Below are positions 55,164 to 64,000 of a stretch of DNA of 64,000 nt, in pieces (the stretch's first letter is position 1; each line of letters begins with the position of its first letter). Source of the stretch: an uncultured Candidatus Saccharibacteria bacterium. GTDB lineage: Bacteria; Patescibacteriota; Minisyncoccia; Phycocordibacterales; UBA5272. The translations under genes were made by a program, and so were the position numbers. The stretch covers positions 27,018 to 91,017 of the forward strand of contig CAZJDZ010000001.1 in assembly GCA_964544935.1 (NCBI GenBank). The letters are read 5' to 3'. The notes beneath the pieces are model-generated. The model was not told the origin of the DNA. It ran no database searches and worked only from the letters and a program-made list of their open reading frames with translations.

Positions 55164-56951
55164 TTATGATTTTCGACCAGCACGTGAACGCTCAGATTCG
55201 GTAAGAAGCTGCTTTCGCAAACGAACTGATTTTGGTGTTACTTCAAGATATTCATCGGCGTTCATGATTTCAAGACCACGCTCAATACTGATCTCCCAAG
55301 CAGGTACAAGTACGATCGCTTCATCAGCACCAGATGAACGCATGTTAGAAAGCTGCTTACCCTTTGTCGGGTTCACCATCATTTCTTCGCCTTTTGATGT
55401 ATTACCGATAACCATACCTTCGTATACTTCTGTTGTAGGAAGAATGTAGATGACACCTCTATCCTGAAGATTCCAAAGAGAAAATGCAAGTGACTTGCCT
55501 GCTGCCATAGAAGTCATAGATCCAACGAGACGACGAGTGATCTCACCTGCATATGGACCGAATTTAAGGAAACGAGCAGAAAGAATACCGAGACCCTTAG
55601 TGTCGATAACGAATTCTCCACGATACCCAAGAAGTCCACGAGTAGGAATTTCTGCCTTGATACGATTAATGCCATTCTTCTCTGACATATCTGTAATCAT
55701 TGCTTTACGACGACCAAGTTTTTCCATCACAACTCCTGATGACTCAACTGGCACATCAATCACAAGCTCTTCATATGGCTCCTCTTTAACACCGTTATTT
55801 TCATGGAAAATTACCTGTGGTTGTGACACTTGAAGTTCATATCCTTCACGGCGCATAGTTTCAAGGAGTACACCGATGTGAAGTTCTCCACGACCGTACA
55901 CAAGATACTTATCTGTATCAAAATCTACACGAAGACCGACGTTAATTTCGAGCTCCTTCTCGAGACGGTCACGAATCTGACGACCTGTTACGAATTTACC
56001 TTCCTTTCCAGCAAACGGTGAATCATTAACAAGAAAGTTAAGAGCAATTGTCGGCTCATCAATATGAATTGCTTCCATTGCATCTTGAGATTCATTTTTT
56101 ACGAATGTTTCACCAATGAAAATATCAGAAAATCCTGCAATCATCGCAATGTCTCCCGCTTCTGCAGTTGCAGCATCCACTCGTTCGATACCATTGAATG
56201 TATAGATCTTTGTAATCTTTCCTTTACGAGTTTCTCCTGTTGATTTCTTAACAGTAATTTCTTCTCCAACTTTTGCTACACCGTCATAAATACGTGCAAT
56301 AGCCATACGTCCTAGGAAGTTATCGTATGCAAGATTGAATACCTGTGCCTTAAATGGGTTATTGATATCCCCTGTCGCTTTTGGAACTTTTTCAAGAATA
56401 GTTTCAAGAAGTGGTGTAAGGTCTTTTCTCTCATCATCAAGACCTTTCATGGCAACACCTTCACGCCCAATTGCATATACAGTTGTAAAATCAAGTTGCT
56501 CCTCATTTGCACCAAGTTCCATAAAAAGTTCAAAGACTTCATCATGTACTCGTGTAGCATCCGCTGCTGGTTTATCAATCTTATTGATCACAACAATTGG
56601 TTTAATACCAAGTTCAAGTGACTTCTTAAGTACGAAGCGAGTTTGAGGCATAGGACCTTCCTGAGCATCAACAACAAGAAGCACGCAATCAATCGAACGA
56701 AGCACACGCTCCACCTCAGAACCAAAGTCAGCGTGACCTGGAGTATCCAATATATTGATCTTCACACCTTTGTATGGCACTGAAGTGTTCTTCGCAGTGA
56801 TAGTAATACCACGCTCCTTTTCCATAGGATTAGAGTCCATAGTCTGACCCTCTTGACCTACTCCACATTGTTTCATGAGAGCGTCAGTAAGTGTTGTCTT
56901 ACCATGGTCCACGTGAGCGATAATAGCGATGTTACGAATTTCTTGTTGCAT
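55164..56951 (-). CDS. typA: translational GTPase TypA/BipA
   Basis: MQQEIRNIAIIAHVDHGKTTLTDALM and DTPGHADF; 595 aa. Confidence 0.95.
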   Translation of the reverse strand: MQQEIRNIAIIAHVDHGKTTLTDALMKQCGVGQEGQTMDSNPMEKERGITITAKNTSVPYKGVKINILDTPGHADFGSEVERVLRSIDCVLLVVDAQEGPMPQTRFVLKKSLELGIKPIVVINKIDKPAADATRVHDEVFELFMELGANEEQLDFTTVYAIGREGVAMKGLDDERKDLTPLLETILEKVPKATGDINNPFKAQVFNLAYDNFLGRMAIARIYDGVAKVGEEITVKKSTGETRKGKITKIYTFNGIERVDAATAEAGDIAMIAGFSDIFIGETFVKNESQDAMEAIHIDEPTIALNFLVNDSPFAGKEGKFVTGRQIRDRLEKELEINVGLRVDFDTDKYLVYGRGELHIGVLLETMRREGYELQVSQPQVIFHENNGVKEEPYEELVIDVPVESSGVVMEKLGRRKAMITDMSEKNGINRIKAEIPTRGLLGYRGEFVIDTKGLGILSARFLKFGPYAGEITRRLVGSMTSMAAGKSLAFSLWNLQDRGVIYILPTTEVYEGMVIGNTSKGEEMMVNPTKGKQLSNMRSSGADEAIVLVPAWEISIERGLEIMNADEYLEVTPKSVRLRKQLLTESERSRAGRKS

Positions 56952-57095
56952 ATATAAAAATCTTACTTATTTTGCCTATTTCCCTTGTATTCTATAGGAA
57001 GACAAAAGCGGCGTCTGCCTGCGGCAGACGCCGCTTTACTAATACTTGCAAGTATAGCACAACAGCACAAATATTGCCAGTACGTCAACTGCTTT

Positions 57096-57596
57096 TTATA
57101 ATACAGCTCTTTCCTTTACAAAATCAGCAAGGTTATCAAAAATCATTCTAAATATAGAACCTATTTGCTTTATCTGTTCAAGAGTCACTCCGTTTTCTTT
57201 CAAGAAATAAATAACTATTCCGATAGCAACAAGCAAGAAAAAAAATGGAAGTATAGGGACATCTAATTCTACATGTTTAACTGGAGTTGGATTTTTTTTA
57301 AAAGTCTCCCCACCTACTTGAAAAGAAGTTGGTTGTTTATAGAGCGGTTCAGGTGGAATCTTGGTAGCAATCTCTTTCAAGGTTTCAGGACCACCAGAAA
57401 TAGTGTGGTATGAAGGGGTTGCTGTAGGGTCTCCTACTTGAGGAATCTCAGTGGTAAGTGGCGCAGGAGTACTAATCTCACCAATTACTTCTGATAATTG
57501 TTTGTCGAGAAGATTATTTTCTGTGCTATTAATTTCTACACTATCATTACTAGTAACTTCATTTACCACCTCTTCGACTACAACTTTTGGTTCCAT
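57096..57596 (-). CDS. hypothetical protein with C-terminal TM segment
   Basis: Pro/Thr-rich N-terminal part; TM ILPFFFLLVAIGIVIYFL. Confidence 0.45.
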   Translation of the reverse strand: MEPKVVVEEVVNEVTSNDSVEINSTENNLLDKQLSEVIGEISTPAPLTTEIPQVGDPTATPSYHTISGGPETLKEIATKIPPEPLYKQPTSFQVGGETFKKNPTPVKHVELDVPILPFFFLLVAIGIVIYFLKENGVTLEQIKQIGSIFRMIFDNLADFVKERAVL

Positions 57597-57652
57597 AATT
57601 AAAGGTAAGTATATCCTACTTTTTTAATTTGAAAAATAGTTATTTAAGATCT

Positions 57653-57976
57653 TCAACCGCCAATAGAAAACATATTTACATAACATGTTCCAAATCCAAC
57701 CAGTATTGATACTGCAAGGAAAAGTGCTGCAAACTTCATAAGATTCTTTCCTCCTCTATTAAAAGTAATAGCCCCAACTATGAGAAATAAAAAAGGAGAA
57801 AAGATTGCAAGAGGGGCACCAATATACCATAGAAAGACCCCCTGTTCAAAAATAAAGCTAGATAACGACGAAGCAATAAGAATAACCATTGTGGCTATAA
57901 AAATTATTTTTGGGATTTTTAGAGTATCTTTTTCTTTAATTGATTTAACTTCTGCTTGTATTATTTTTTCTTTCAT
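57653..57976 (-). CDS. small membrane protein, paralog 1 of a tandem triplet (C-terminal GxGTC(F/Y)VN motif)
   Basis: LIVGAITFNRGGKNLMKFAALFLAVSILVGFGTCYVNM. Confidence 0.5.
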   Translation of the reverse strand: MKEKIIQAEVKSIKEKDTLKIPKIIFIATMVILIASSLSSFIFEQGVFLWYIGAPLAIFSPFLFLIVGAITFNRGGKNLMKFAALFLAVSILVGFGTCYVNMFSIGG

Positions 57977-58021
57977 GCGTATTTATTTTTTACTAATAAT
58001 AGTATTAATAAAACAAATCGT

Positions 58022-58381
58022 CTATATTCCCCCAATATTTACAAAACAAGTCCCAGCACCAACAAGAGTAGTTACAAGAAAGAAGTGTCCTGCAAATTTT
58101 ATAAGACGACTACCTCCATTTTTATAAGTAATAGCACCTACTATTAAAAAAATAATCGTGAATAAAGTTGAAACCATTAGGGCAATAGCCCAGGAATTCA
58201 CCCCTCCACCTTGCATAAACAGCTGAACTATAACAGAATCAGATCCTAGTTCTAAATGTCGAATTATAAAACCTAACAACGAAGGAATGATAAAGACTGC
58301 TATCGTAATTTTAATCAAAAGTTTCCCAAACTTTTCCATCTTTGTTTCCACTATAGGTTCTTGTGTTGTATTTTCTTGCAT
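58022..58381 (-). CDS. small membrane protein, paralog 2
   Basis: MQENTTQEPIVETKMEKFGKLL... LIVGAITYKNGGSRLIKFAGHFFLVTTLVGAGTCFVNI. Confidence 0.55.
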   Translation of the reverse strand: MQENTTQEPIVETKMEKFGKLLIKITIAVFIIPSLLGFIIRHLELGSDSVIVQLFMQGGGVNSWAIALMVSTLFTIIFLIVGAITYKNGGSRLIKFAGHFFLVTTLVGAGTCFVNIGGI

Positions 58382-58476
58382 AGATATAGTATATCCTAAA
58401 CTTTTTCTTATGCGTATAAGAATTCCTGCTGCAAAGATTTATATATTCTAGAAAATTAGAAAACATATCCCAACCT

Positions 58477-58836
58477 CTAACAAGAAGGACACAAAATATC
58501 TACCGCGGAAATATTTACAAAACATGTTCCAGTTCCAACTACAAGTGTTGTTATAAAAAAAAGACCAGCAAATCTCATAAGACGACCACCTCCTTTTTTA
58601 TAGGTGATAGTCCCTACTATCAAAAATATAACAGAAAAAACAACAGAAACTGCTGCTGTAGTGAGGTAGGTACCAAGAATCAAATAATTCATTAATGATT
58701 GACTTCCAACCCCCATAGCAATCAAACCAATTAGTATTGAGATAACAGACACTGCTACCGTAACTTTTAATAAAAGTTTTGCAAACTTTTCCATCTTTGT
58801 TTCTACTATAGGTTCTTGTGTTATATTTTCTAGCAT
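58477..58836 (-). CDS. small membrane protein, paralog 3
   Basis: MLENITQEPIVETKMEKFAKLL... LIVGTITYKKGGGRLMRFAGLFFITTLVVGTGTCFVNI...CPSC. Confidence 0.55.
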   Translation of the reverse strand: MLENITQEPIVETKMEKFAKLLLKVTVAVSVISILIGLIAMGVGSQSLMNYLILGTYLTTAAVSVVFSVIFLIVGTITYKKGGGRLMRFAGLFFITTLVVGTGTCFVNISAVDILCPSC

Positions 58837-58874
58837 AGATATAAGTATATATCAAAATCTTTACTAAAAAGAAA

Positions 58875-59630
58875 CTATTTCTTAAAAAACTGCATAACTG
58901 TTTCTTTTTGCATATCAAAAAAGCTTTTTTGTTTATACCCCTGTACTCCAAAACCAGCCACATTTACTTTTTCGTTATTAGTATACGTAGAAAATATCCT
59001 GTCCCAAATAGAAAAGACTGCACCGAAATTATGACCCTGACTATATCTATCTTGATAATGATGAATTCTATGATTTCGTGGTGTTATAAGAAAAAGATCA
59101 CACCACTTTGGTAACTGTAAGTATGAAATGTGGCAAAAAAATTGATATGTCAATACAAAAAAATAAGCACTGATAATTGTATACGGAGAAATATGAAGAA
59201 AGACGAGAGGAATAAGCATCAGATAAATAGATGCTTGCCCTATCCAAGGCAGCATAAGTGCAAGAGCTAGATTATATGTAGTTCCAACATGGTGAATTTT
59301 ATGTATTGTAAATAGTTTTTTATTGCCATGATGCGCTCTATGGTAAAAATAGTACAAGATATCGATAAGTACAACTGTTATAATAATTTGACTAGGCACC
59401 TTACTCGGAACATCTCCCCATATGTGTGTATATATTTTTGTTGTTACAAAAAGAAATATAAGAACACTTATTGTTTCTGTAAAAATAAGTACGACTCCGT
59501 TATAAAGAGCGTCTTTTATTTCTGTTGTTGTATATCTATCATCATTTTTAATAATACTGTAGAAATATTCTACAAGTGTATAGACAACTGTTGAAAAAAA
59601 GAAAACAAGGGTCTTACCTAAAAATAACAT
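58875..59630 (-). CDS. fatty acid hydroxylase/sterol desaturase superfamily membrane enzyme
   Basis: His boxes HRAHH, HKIHH and HRIHH in a polytopic protein. Confidence 0.75.
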   Translation of the reverse strand: MLFLGKTLVFFFSTVVYTLVEYFYSIIKNDDRYTTTEIKDALYNGVVLIFTETISVLIFLFVTTKIYTHIWGDVPSKVPSQIIITVVLIDILYYFYHRAHHGNKKLFTIHKIHHVGTTYNLALALMLPWIGQASIYLMLIPLVFLHISPYTIISAYFFVLTYQFFCHISYLQLPKWCDLFLITPRNHRIHHYQDRYSQGHNFGAVFSIWDRIFSTYTNNEKVNVAGFGVQGYKQKSFFDMQKETVMQFFKK

Positions 59631-59742
59631 ATATTTAATTGCATTATAGTATACCTTGTATAGATGGTATTGGCATAAGAAATCCCCGCAAGCAAGCTTG
59701 CGGGGATGTGGCTATAGTAGCCAGAATTCAAACCTTGTTCAT

Positions 59743-61122
59743 TTACTTCGTACCGTAATAGTGACAGAAGCTATCCACCTCCCCCTCTGGCGTAAGCACA
59801 TGGGTACAACAGCTCGCGATACGAGTCCAATCCCATGTACGTACATCCATAAACGGCTTGATGAACACCATCTTGATGTCGGATTTTTTAACGCCAATTG
59901 CTGCAAGTTCAGCTTCCAGATTCACATAGTCACACCCACACGCTGCAAGTGTGTCGTCGACATCAAAATTCATCCGATTGGCGATGAACGGCGCGAACCT
60001 GCTCATGTCCACAAAATTCGACACCGGCATCCACACCCCATCCTTACGAACAAGGAAGCCAACTGAACCACAGTTTGGATCACTGCACGGAAGAGGTGTC
60101 CAAGACTTCATATCCATGACACCGTCGCGTGCAACACTGTGCACAATGTCTGCGACATTGATTGGAATCTCGAGCAACTTCTTCGCGTCATTCCGTCCAG
60201 AGATGAACTCTGGCTGAAAGACAACCCAGCGGATATTGTCATCTGTGAGCGCTCTTGCGACCGCAGTGTGACATTCAAACTTATTGTCATGGGATACCGT
60301 CATCACAAGGGCAACAGGCATGCCGTGCTTGGATGCGCTCAAGATTGCTCTTTCACGAACTTCTCGAAAATCTCCAGCACGTAACTCTTTCTGTCCATTC
60401 TCAACGTCACCATCGAACTGAAGGTAGACACTGAAGCTTCCACGCTTTACTGCCATCTCAAGATTGTGCATGAAAACAGGGTCTCCGAAGCGACTACCGT
60501 TGGTGTTGAGGAGTACATCCTTGATACCCTCCTGATCACGTAGCCAACGAACAATCTCAAACAGATCTGGATGAAGTGTTGGCTCACCACCAGAGAGTTG
60601 AATGATGTCGATAACCCCTCCCTGTTTATCAAGGACCATTTTGATCTGGCTCTTGAAATCTTCCAAAGAAAGGAAAGACTGTGAGCGTCCCGTTTTCGTC
60701 TGAGGACTATCTGCATAACATGTCGGACATGCAAGATTGCAATCATACACAATCTCTACCACCAATGTACAGGTGTGAAGCTGTGAAGCAGTGACAGCAT
60801 TCTCCCCAAGAGAAGACGTGCCGCAACCACTTGGCCCACAACCACACGCTTCACCTTCCTGTTTGAGAAAGTAAAAATTCGCATCACTTGAAAGACGTGA
60901 ACTCGTGCGACCGTGCTCCGGACAATGCTTCACCGCATATATACGAGCAGGTGTATCGTTTGACTTAAAGATCTCCGCACGACACCTTACCCCGCACTCA
61001 TTGCAACGTGACCATGTATCTGCAATACGTGACCCATTTCCACAAAAGTGGTCATATGTGAGCGCATTTGCACAACATGCGCCTTCACTTACCACAACTT
61101 CCTGAGTATACTTTGAACTCAT
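59743..61122 (-). CDS. radical SAM enzyme with Cys-rich N-terminal extension and C-terminal Cys cluster, in a ~52% GC island
   Basis: CNLACPTCY (CxxxCxxC) and SGGEPTLHPD; N-terminal CC..C..C..C..C.H cluster; C-terminal ACGCDY...SCCTH...C. Confidence 0.8.
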   Translation of the reverse strand: MSSKYTQEVVVSEGACCANALTYDHFCGNGSRIADTWSRCNECGVRCRAEIFKSNDTPARIYAVKHCPEHGRTSSRLSSDANFYFLKQEGEACGCGPSGCGTSSLGENAVTASQLHTCTLVVEIVYDCNLACPTCYADSPQTKTGRSQSFLSLEDFKSQIKMVLDKQGGVIDIIQLSGGEPTLHPDLFEIVRWLRDQEGIKDVLLNTNGSRFGDPVFMHNLEMAVKRGSFSVYLQFDGDVENGQKELRAGDFREVRERAILSASKHGMPVALVMTVSHDNKFECHTAVARALTDDNIRWVVFQPEFISGRNDAKKLLEIPINVADIVHSVARDGVMDMKSWTPLPCSDPNCGSVGFLVRKDGVWMPVSNFVDMSRFAPFIANRMNFDVDDTLAACGCDYVNLEAELAAIGVKKSDIKMVFIKPFMDVRTWDWTRIASCCTHVLTPEGEVDSFCHYYGTK

Positions 61123-61142
61123 GACACAACCCCTTTCGTAGG

Positions 61143-61844
61143 TTAGTTTGATTTGTACAATCCGTTTTTAATACTATCAAAGATATAGTAGAACACAAAC
61201 ATAAGACAACAAATCTGAATAGCAGAGAGGGATAGTACTATTGGTTGCGTGTCCTTCAAAAACTCAAAAATGAATCTCATACCAAAATAAATGATGATAA
61301 AAAGCCTAAAAATAAAGCCATTTTGAAATCTCTTATTTTTGACGAAATGATGAGCAAGTGGTAATAGTATTAAAAGTTCTATAATTTCGTACAATGGTAT
61401 TGGGTGACGATTAAAATCATCCCCTTGCTTGAAACACCATACATAATCACAAACACTTCCAATTGTTCCATCTGCTACGCCAGTAAACTGACATCCAATA
61501 CGCCCGATGATAATTGCAATAATGAGTGGCACCACAACCGTATCCCCTGTATTATTTTTGATACCAAGTAACTTCTTTGTAATCTCTGTTCCAAGAATCC
61601 CACCAGCAATACCACCTATGATCGTCTTGTTCAGGTAATAATAAAGCCATGTTGGGGGATGAAGAAAAAGATGAGGATCTTCAAGTGCTGCTAGTAATCG
61701 TGACCCGACAAGTGCTCCGATAAGCGCACCTAAGATATAAAAAATTTTCTTAGTATCATCAAGCTCTGATTTCTTATTCAAAGAATAATAAAGCTGCATC
61801 CCAATAAAGATGGAGAGATAGTCAGTAATGAGATGAACAGACAT
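61143..61844 (-). CDS. lgt: prolipoprotein diacylglyceryl transferase (Lgt)-like membrane protein
   Basis: IIGRIGCQFTGVADGTIG resembles the Lgt GRIGNF signature; polytopic. Confidence 0.55.
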   Translation of the reverse strand: MSVHLITDYLSIFIGMQLYYSLNKKSELDDTKKIFYILGALIGALVGSRLLAALEDPHLFLHPPTWLYYYLNKTIIGGIAGGILGTEITKKLLGIKNNTGDTVVVPLIIAIIIGRIGCQFTGVADGTIGSVCDYVWCFKQGDDFNRHPIPLYEIIELLILLPLAHHFVKNKRFQNGFIFRLFIIIYFGMRFIFEFLKDTQPIVLSLSAIQICCLMFVFYYIFDSIKNGLYKSN

Positions 61845-61858
61845 AGAAGATTACAATA

Positions 61859-63856
61859 CTACTTCCCTATCACTTCCTTCAGAAAGGCTTTTTGATTTGG
61901 TTCACGTCCTAGGAAATTCTTCATGAGTTTGATCTCATCCTCACTACTTCCCTTCTCAAGTACTTCTCTTCGCCACTTCATACCAACCTCAGTGTTTGTC
62001 ATAACATTCTTATTGCCTTTGGTCTTAAAACTTCCAAATGCATCACACGCATACACGAGCGCCCAGAGGTATGAGTAGTATCCAGCATCGTAGCCAACAA
62101 GATGACCAAATCCTGCAGGGAAGAGTGTCTCCTTCTCTGGAAGCTCTACATTGAAATACATCTTATTCATCTTACGATATGCGGCACGAGCATCCTTCAC
62201 TTTTCCTGTATGGAGATCAAGATCGAGTTTCCCTTGGATAAGTTGACGTGTATAAAAGTATGCATTCTGGAATGTCTTACCTTTGATAATTCTCTCAATC
62301 ATCGCATCATCCATCTGCTTTCCTGTCTCATAGTGACATGACAATTTCTTCATCACCTCTTTGTCCCAAACCCAGTTCTCCATAATCTGTGAAGGTGTCT
62401 CTACGAAGTCCCACGCAACATTTGCCCCAGCCTGTGACTCAAGACGTGCTCGTGAAAGCGTCATATGAAGTAGGTGACCAAATTCATGGAAAAGTGTCTC
62501 AACATCTGAAAGAGATAGGAGGGAAGGTACTTTTTTAGTTGGTGTAGGAAAATTACAAATCATACTTGCAAGTGGTGCGATATATTCATCAGTTCTATAC
62601 CCATGTTCATGTGGAACAATCACATCTACCATACATGCATGTCCATACTTCCCTTCTCGTGGGAATAGATCAAGTGTAAAGTAACCAACAAGAGTTCCAT
62701 CTTGATCATTGATCTGATACATCTTTGCATCCTTATGCCAGAGCGGAACAGAGTATTCTGCAATCACAATTCCGAAAAGATTCTCACAAAGAGTAAAGAG
62801 TTCTTTCTTTACATGTTCAAGGGGAAAGTATGCTCGCACTGTTTCAGGATCAAGATCATACAATTTCTTTTTGAGACTAGTCGCAACAAAGCTAATATCA
62901 TAATGTTCCAACTTCTTGATATCAAGAGTCTTAGCATGTGCTTGAAGTATTTTCACATCTTCTTTTGCAAGTGGAGCAAGTGTTTTGAGAAGTGAATTTT
63001 GAAAATCCTCTGCTGCTTTAGCTGTCTTTGCCATACGAGTCTCGACACGGAAATCAGCATGATGCTTGTATCCTAGGATAGTCGCAATCTCATGGCGAAG
63101 CTTTACTAGCTCTTCAATGATCTTAAGGTTTTTTGCACCCCCTTTCTTTAAATTCTTAAGAGATAATTCTTCACGTTTTTTTCTGTTGGTTGCTTCTGCT
63201 AGGAATGGAAAGATATGAGGGTACTGCAAAGAGACGATATATCTTCCATCAGTATGTTTTGGAAGCGTTGCAACAAAACGCGGAGAAAGCCCTGCAAGCT
63301 CTTCTTCTGTACAAAGAATGTAGTCTTGGTAGTCGTTAATATTTTTTCTAAAGGAAATAGAGAGTGTTGATGTTTTTTTAAGGAGAACCTTAAGACGCTT
63401 CTGCTTTTCTGTTGGTAAATCAAATCCCATACGGCGATACTCACGAAGTGTTTCTTCAAGAAGTTTGATATCTTCTTTACGAAGTGTTTTCTTCTCATCT
63501 GCAAAGTTGCCTTCATAGTACTCAACAAGGGAGATGTAGAGGTCGCGATCATACTCGATATCTACAAGTTTACTTGAGAGTTCTGTGGCAATCTCAGTTG
63601 CTGCATCACGCACTTCTTTCTTAGTTGATACTTCAGAAAGGAATCCCATTTTACTGAAGAAACTTTCAAAAGAATCATCACATCGTTCAAGTGCATACAG
63701 TGTATTTAAAAATGTGCGATTCTCAGGAAGAATCTTCTTTATCTCTCCATATACTTTTTTCTTGTGAACGATATACTCGTCAGCTTTTTTCTTCATCTGT
63801 GCCGGTGTCATTTTCACCCATGTAAAATCTTTTGTAGTAAGTGGCAGTGTTTTCAT
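61859..63856 (-). CDS. M3-family zinc oligoendopeptidase (thimet/oligopeptidase A-like)
   Basis: HEFGHLLH zinc-binding motif in a 665-aa protein. Confidence 0.8.
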   Translation of the reverse strand: MKTLPLTTKDFTWVKMTPAQMKKKADEYIVHKKKVYGEIKKILPENRTFLNTLYALERCDDSFESFFSKMGFLSEVSTKKEVRDAATEIATELSSKLVDIEYDRDLYISLVEYYEGNFADEKKTLRKEDIKLLEETLREYRRMGFDLPTEKQKRLKVLLKKTSTLSISFRKNINDYQDYILCTEEELAGLSPRFVATLPKHTDGRYIVSLQYPHIFPFLAEATNRKKREELSLKNLKKGGAKNLKIIEELVKLRHEIATILGYKHHADFRVETRMAKTAKAAEDFQNSLLKTLAPLAKEDVKILQAHAKTLDIKKLEHYDISFVATSLKKKLYDLDPETVRAYFPLEHVKKELFTLCENLFGIVIAEYSVPLWHKDAKMYQINDQDGTLVGYFTLDLFPREGKYGHACMVDVIVPHEHGYRTDEYIAPLASMICNFPTPTKKVPSLLSLSDVETLFHEFGHLLHMTLSRARLESQAGANVAWDFVETPSQIMENWVWDKEVMKKLSCHYETGKQMDDAMIERIIKGKTFQNAYFYTRQLIQGKLDLDLHTGKVKDARAAYRKMNKMYFNVELPEKETLFPAGFGHLVGYDAGYYSYLWALVYACDAFGSFKTKGNKNVMTNTEVGMKWRREVLEKGSSEDEIKLMKNFLGREPNQKAFLKEVIGK

Positions 63857-64000
63857 AGTGAATGTATTTTACCATATATATAAAAAAGAATGACCCCGGC
63901 CGCTTACGCGACCGGGGTCATGATTCAGAAAGATTCACACATCACATGCTTGAGCGTAAACATCTGACCGAATACATCTGGCGAGACGACGCTCGTGTGC

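Noticed and set aside
1-64000. Alternative genetic code (UGA recoded, as in some CPR lineages)
   Set aside because: Long conserved genes (secA, valS, lepA, typA) are intact under the standard code, and several end on TGA; recoding would not leave them intact.

Overview
This is an AT-rich (~33-35% GC) bacterial window that uses the standard genetic code: long intact ORFs such as secA, valS, lepA and typA end on TAA, TAG or TGA. Content and style fit a small-genome, possibly CPR-like organism, though that assignment is inference. Housekeeping genes I can support are secA, valS, lepA, typA/bipA, murF, murJ-like, miaA-like, hpf, mscL, an Hsp20, a glutaredoxin, two Nudix paralogs, a liv-type branched-chain amino-acid ABC operon plus a second orphan binding protein, an M3 oligopeptidase, an Lgt-like protein, RNase P RNA, and tRNAs Ser(GCU), a Ser-like paralog reading ACU, Glu(CUC), Arg(CCU) and Phe(GAA). 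Accessory content falls into four groups. (1) An OLD-family ATPase/TOPRIM nuclease with a small downstream gene sits next to a co-directional phage-like module (ParB-methyltransferase fusion, a second N4/N6 methyltransferase, and several unknown proteins). (2) A large serine recombinase lies beside a tRNA, followed by about 4 kb carrying degenerate tRNA-Ser 3'-end copies and three ~90-bp repeat copies. (3) A repeat-rich tRNA neighbourhood (29.0-30.3 kb and 46.9-48.2 kb) contains a ~70-nt element family whose helices covary, and a perfect 161-bp direct repeat bracketing a small ORF. (4) Several GC-rich genes (50-60% GC) are embedded in the AT-rich background: hpf, a radical SAM enzyme with Cys-rich extensions, and two unknown ORFs. 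Also present are a SET-domain protein near a KKVA-repeat mini-protein and three tandem paralogous small membrane proteins upstream of a fatty-acid hydroxylase, the radical SAM gene and lgt. There is no CRISPR array and no rRNA in the window.
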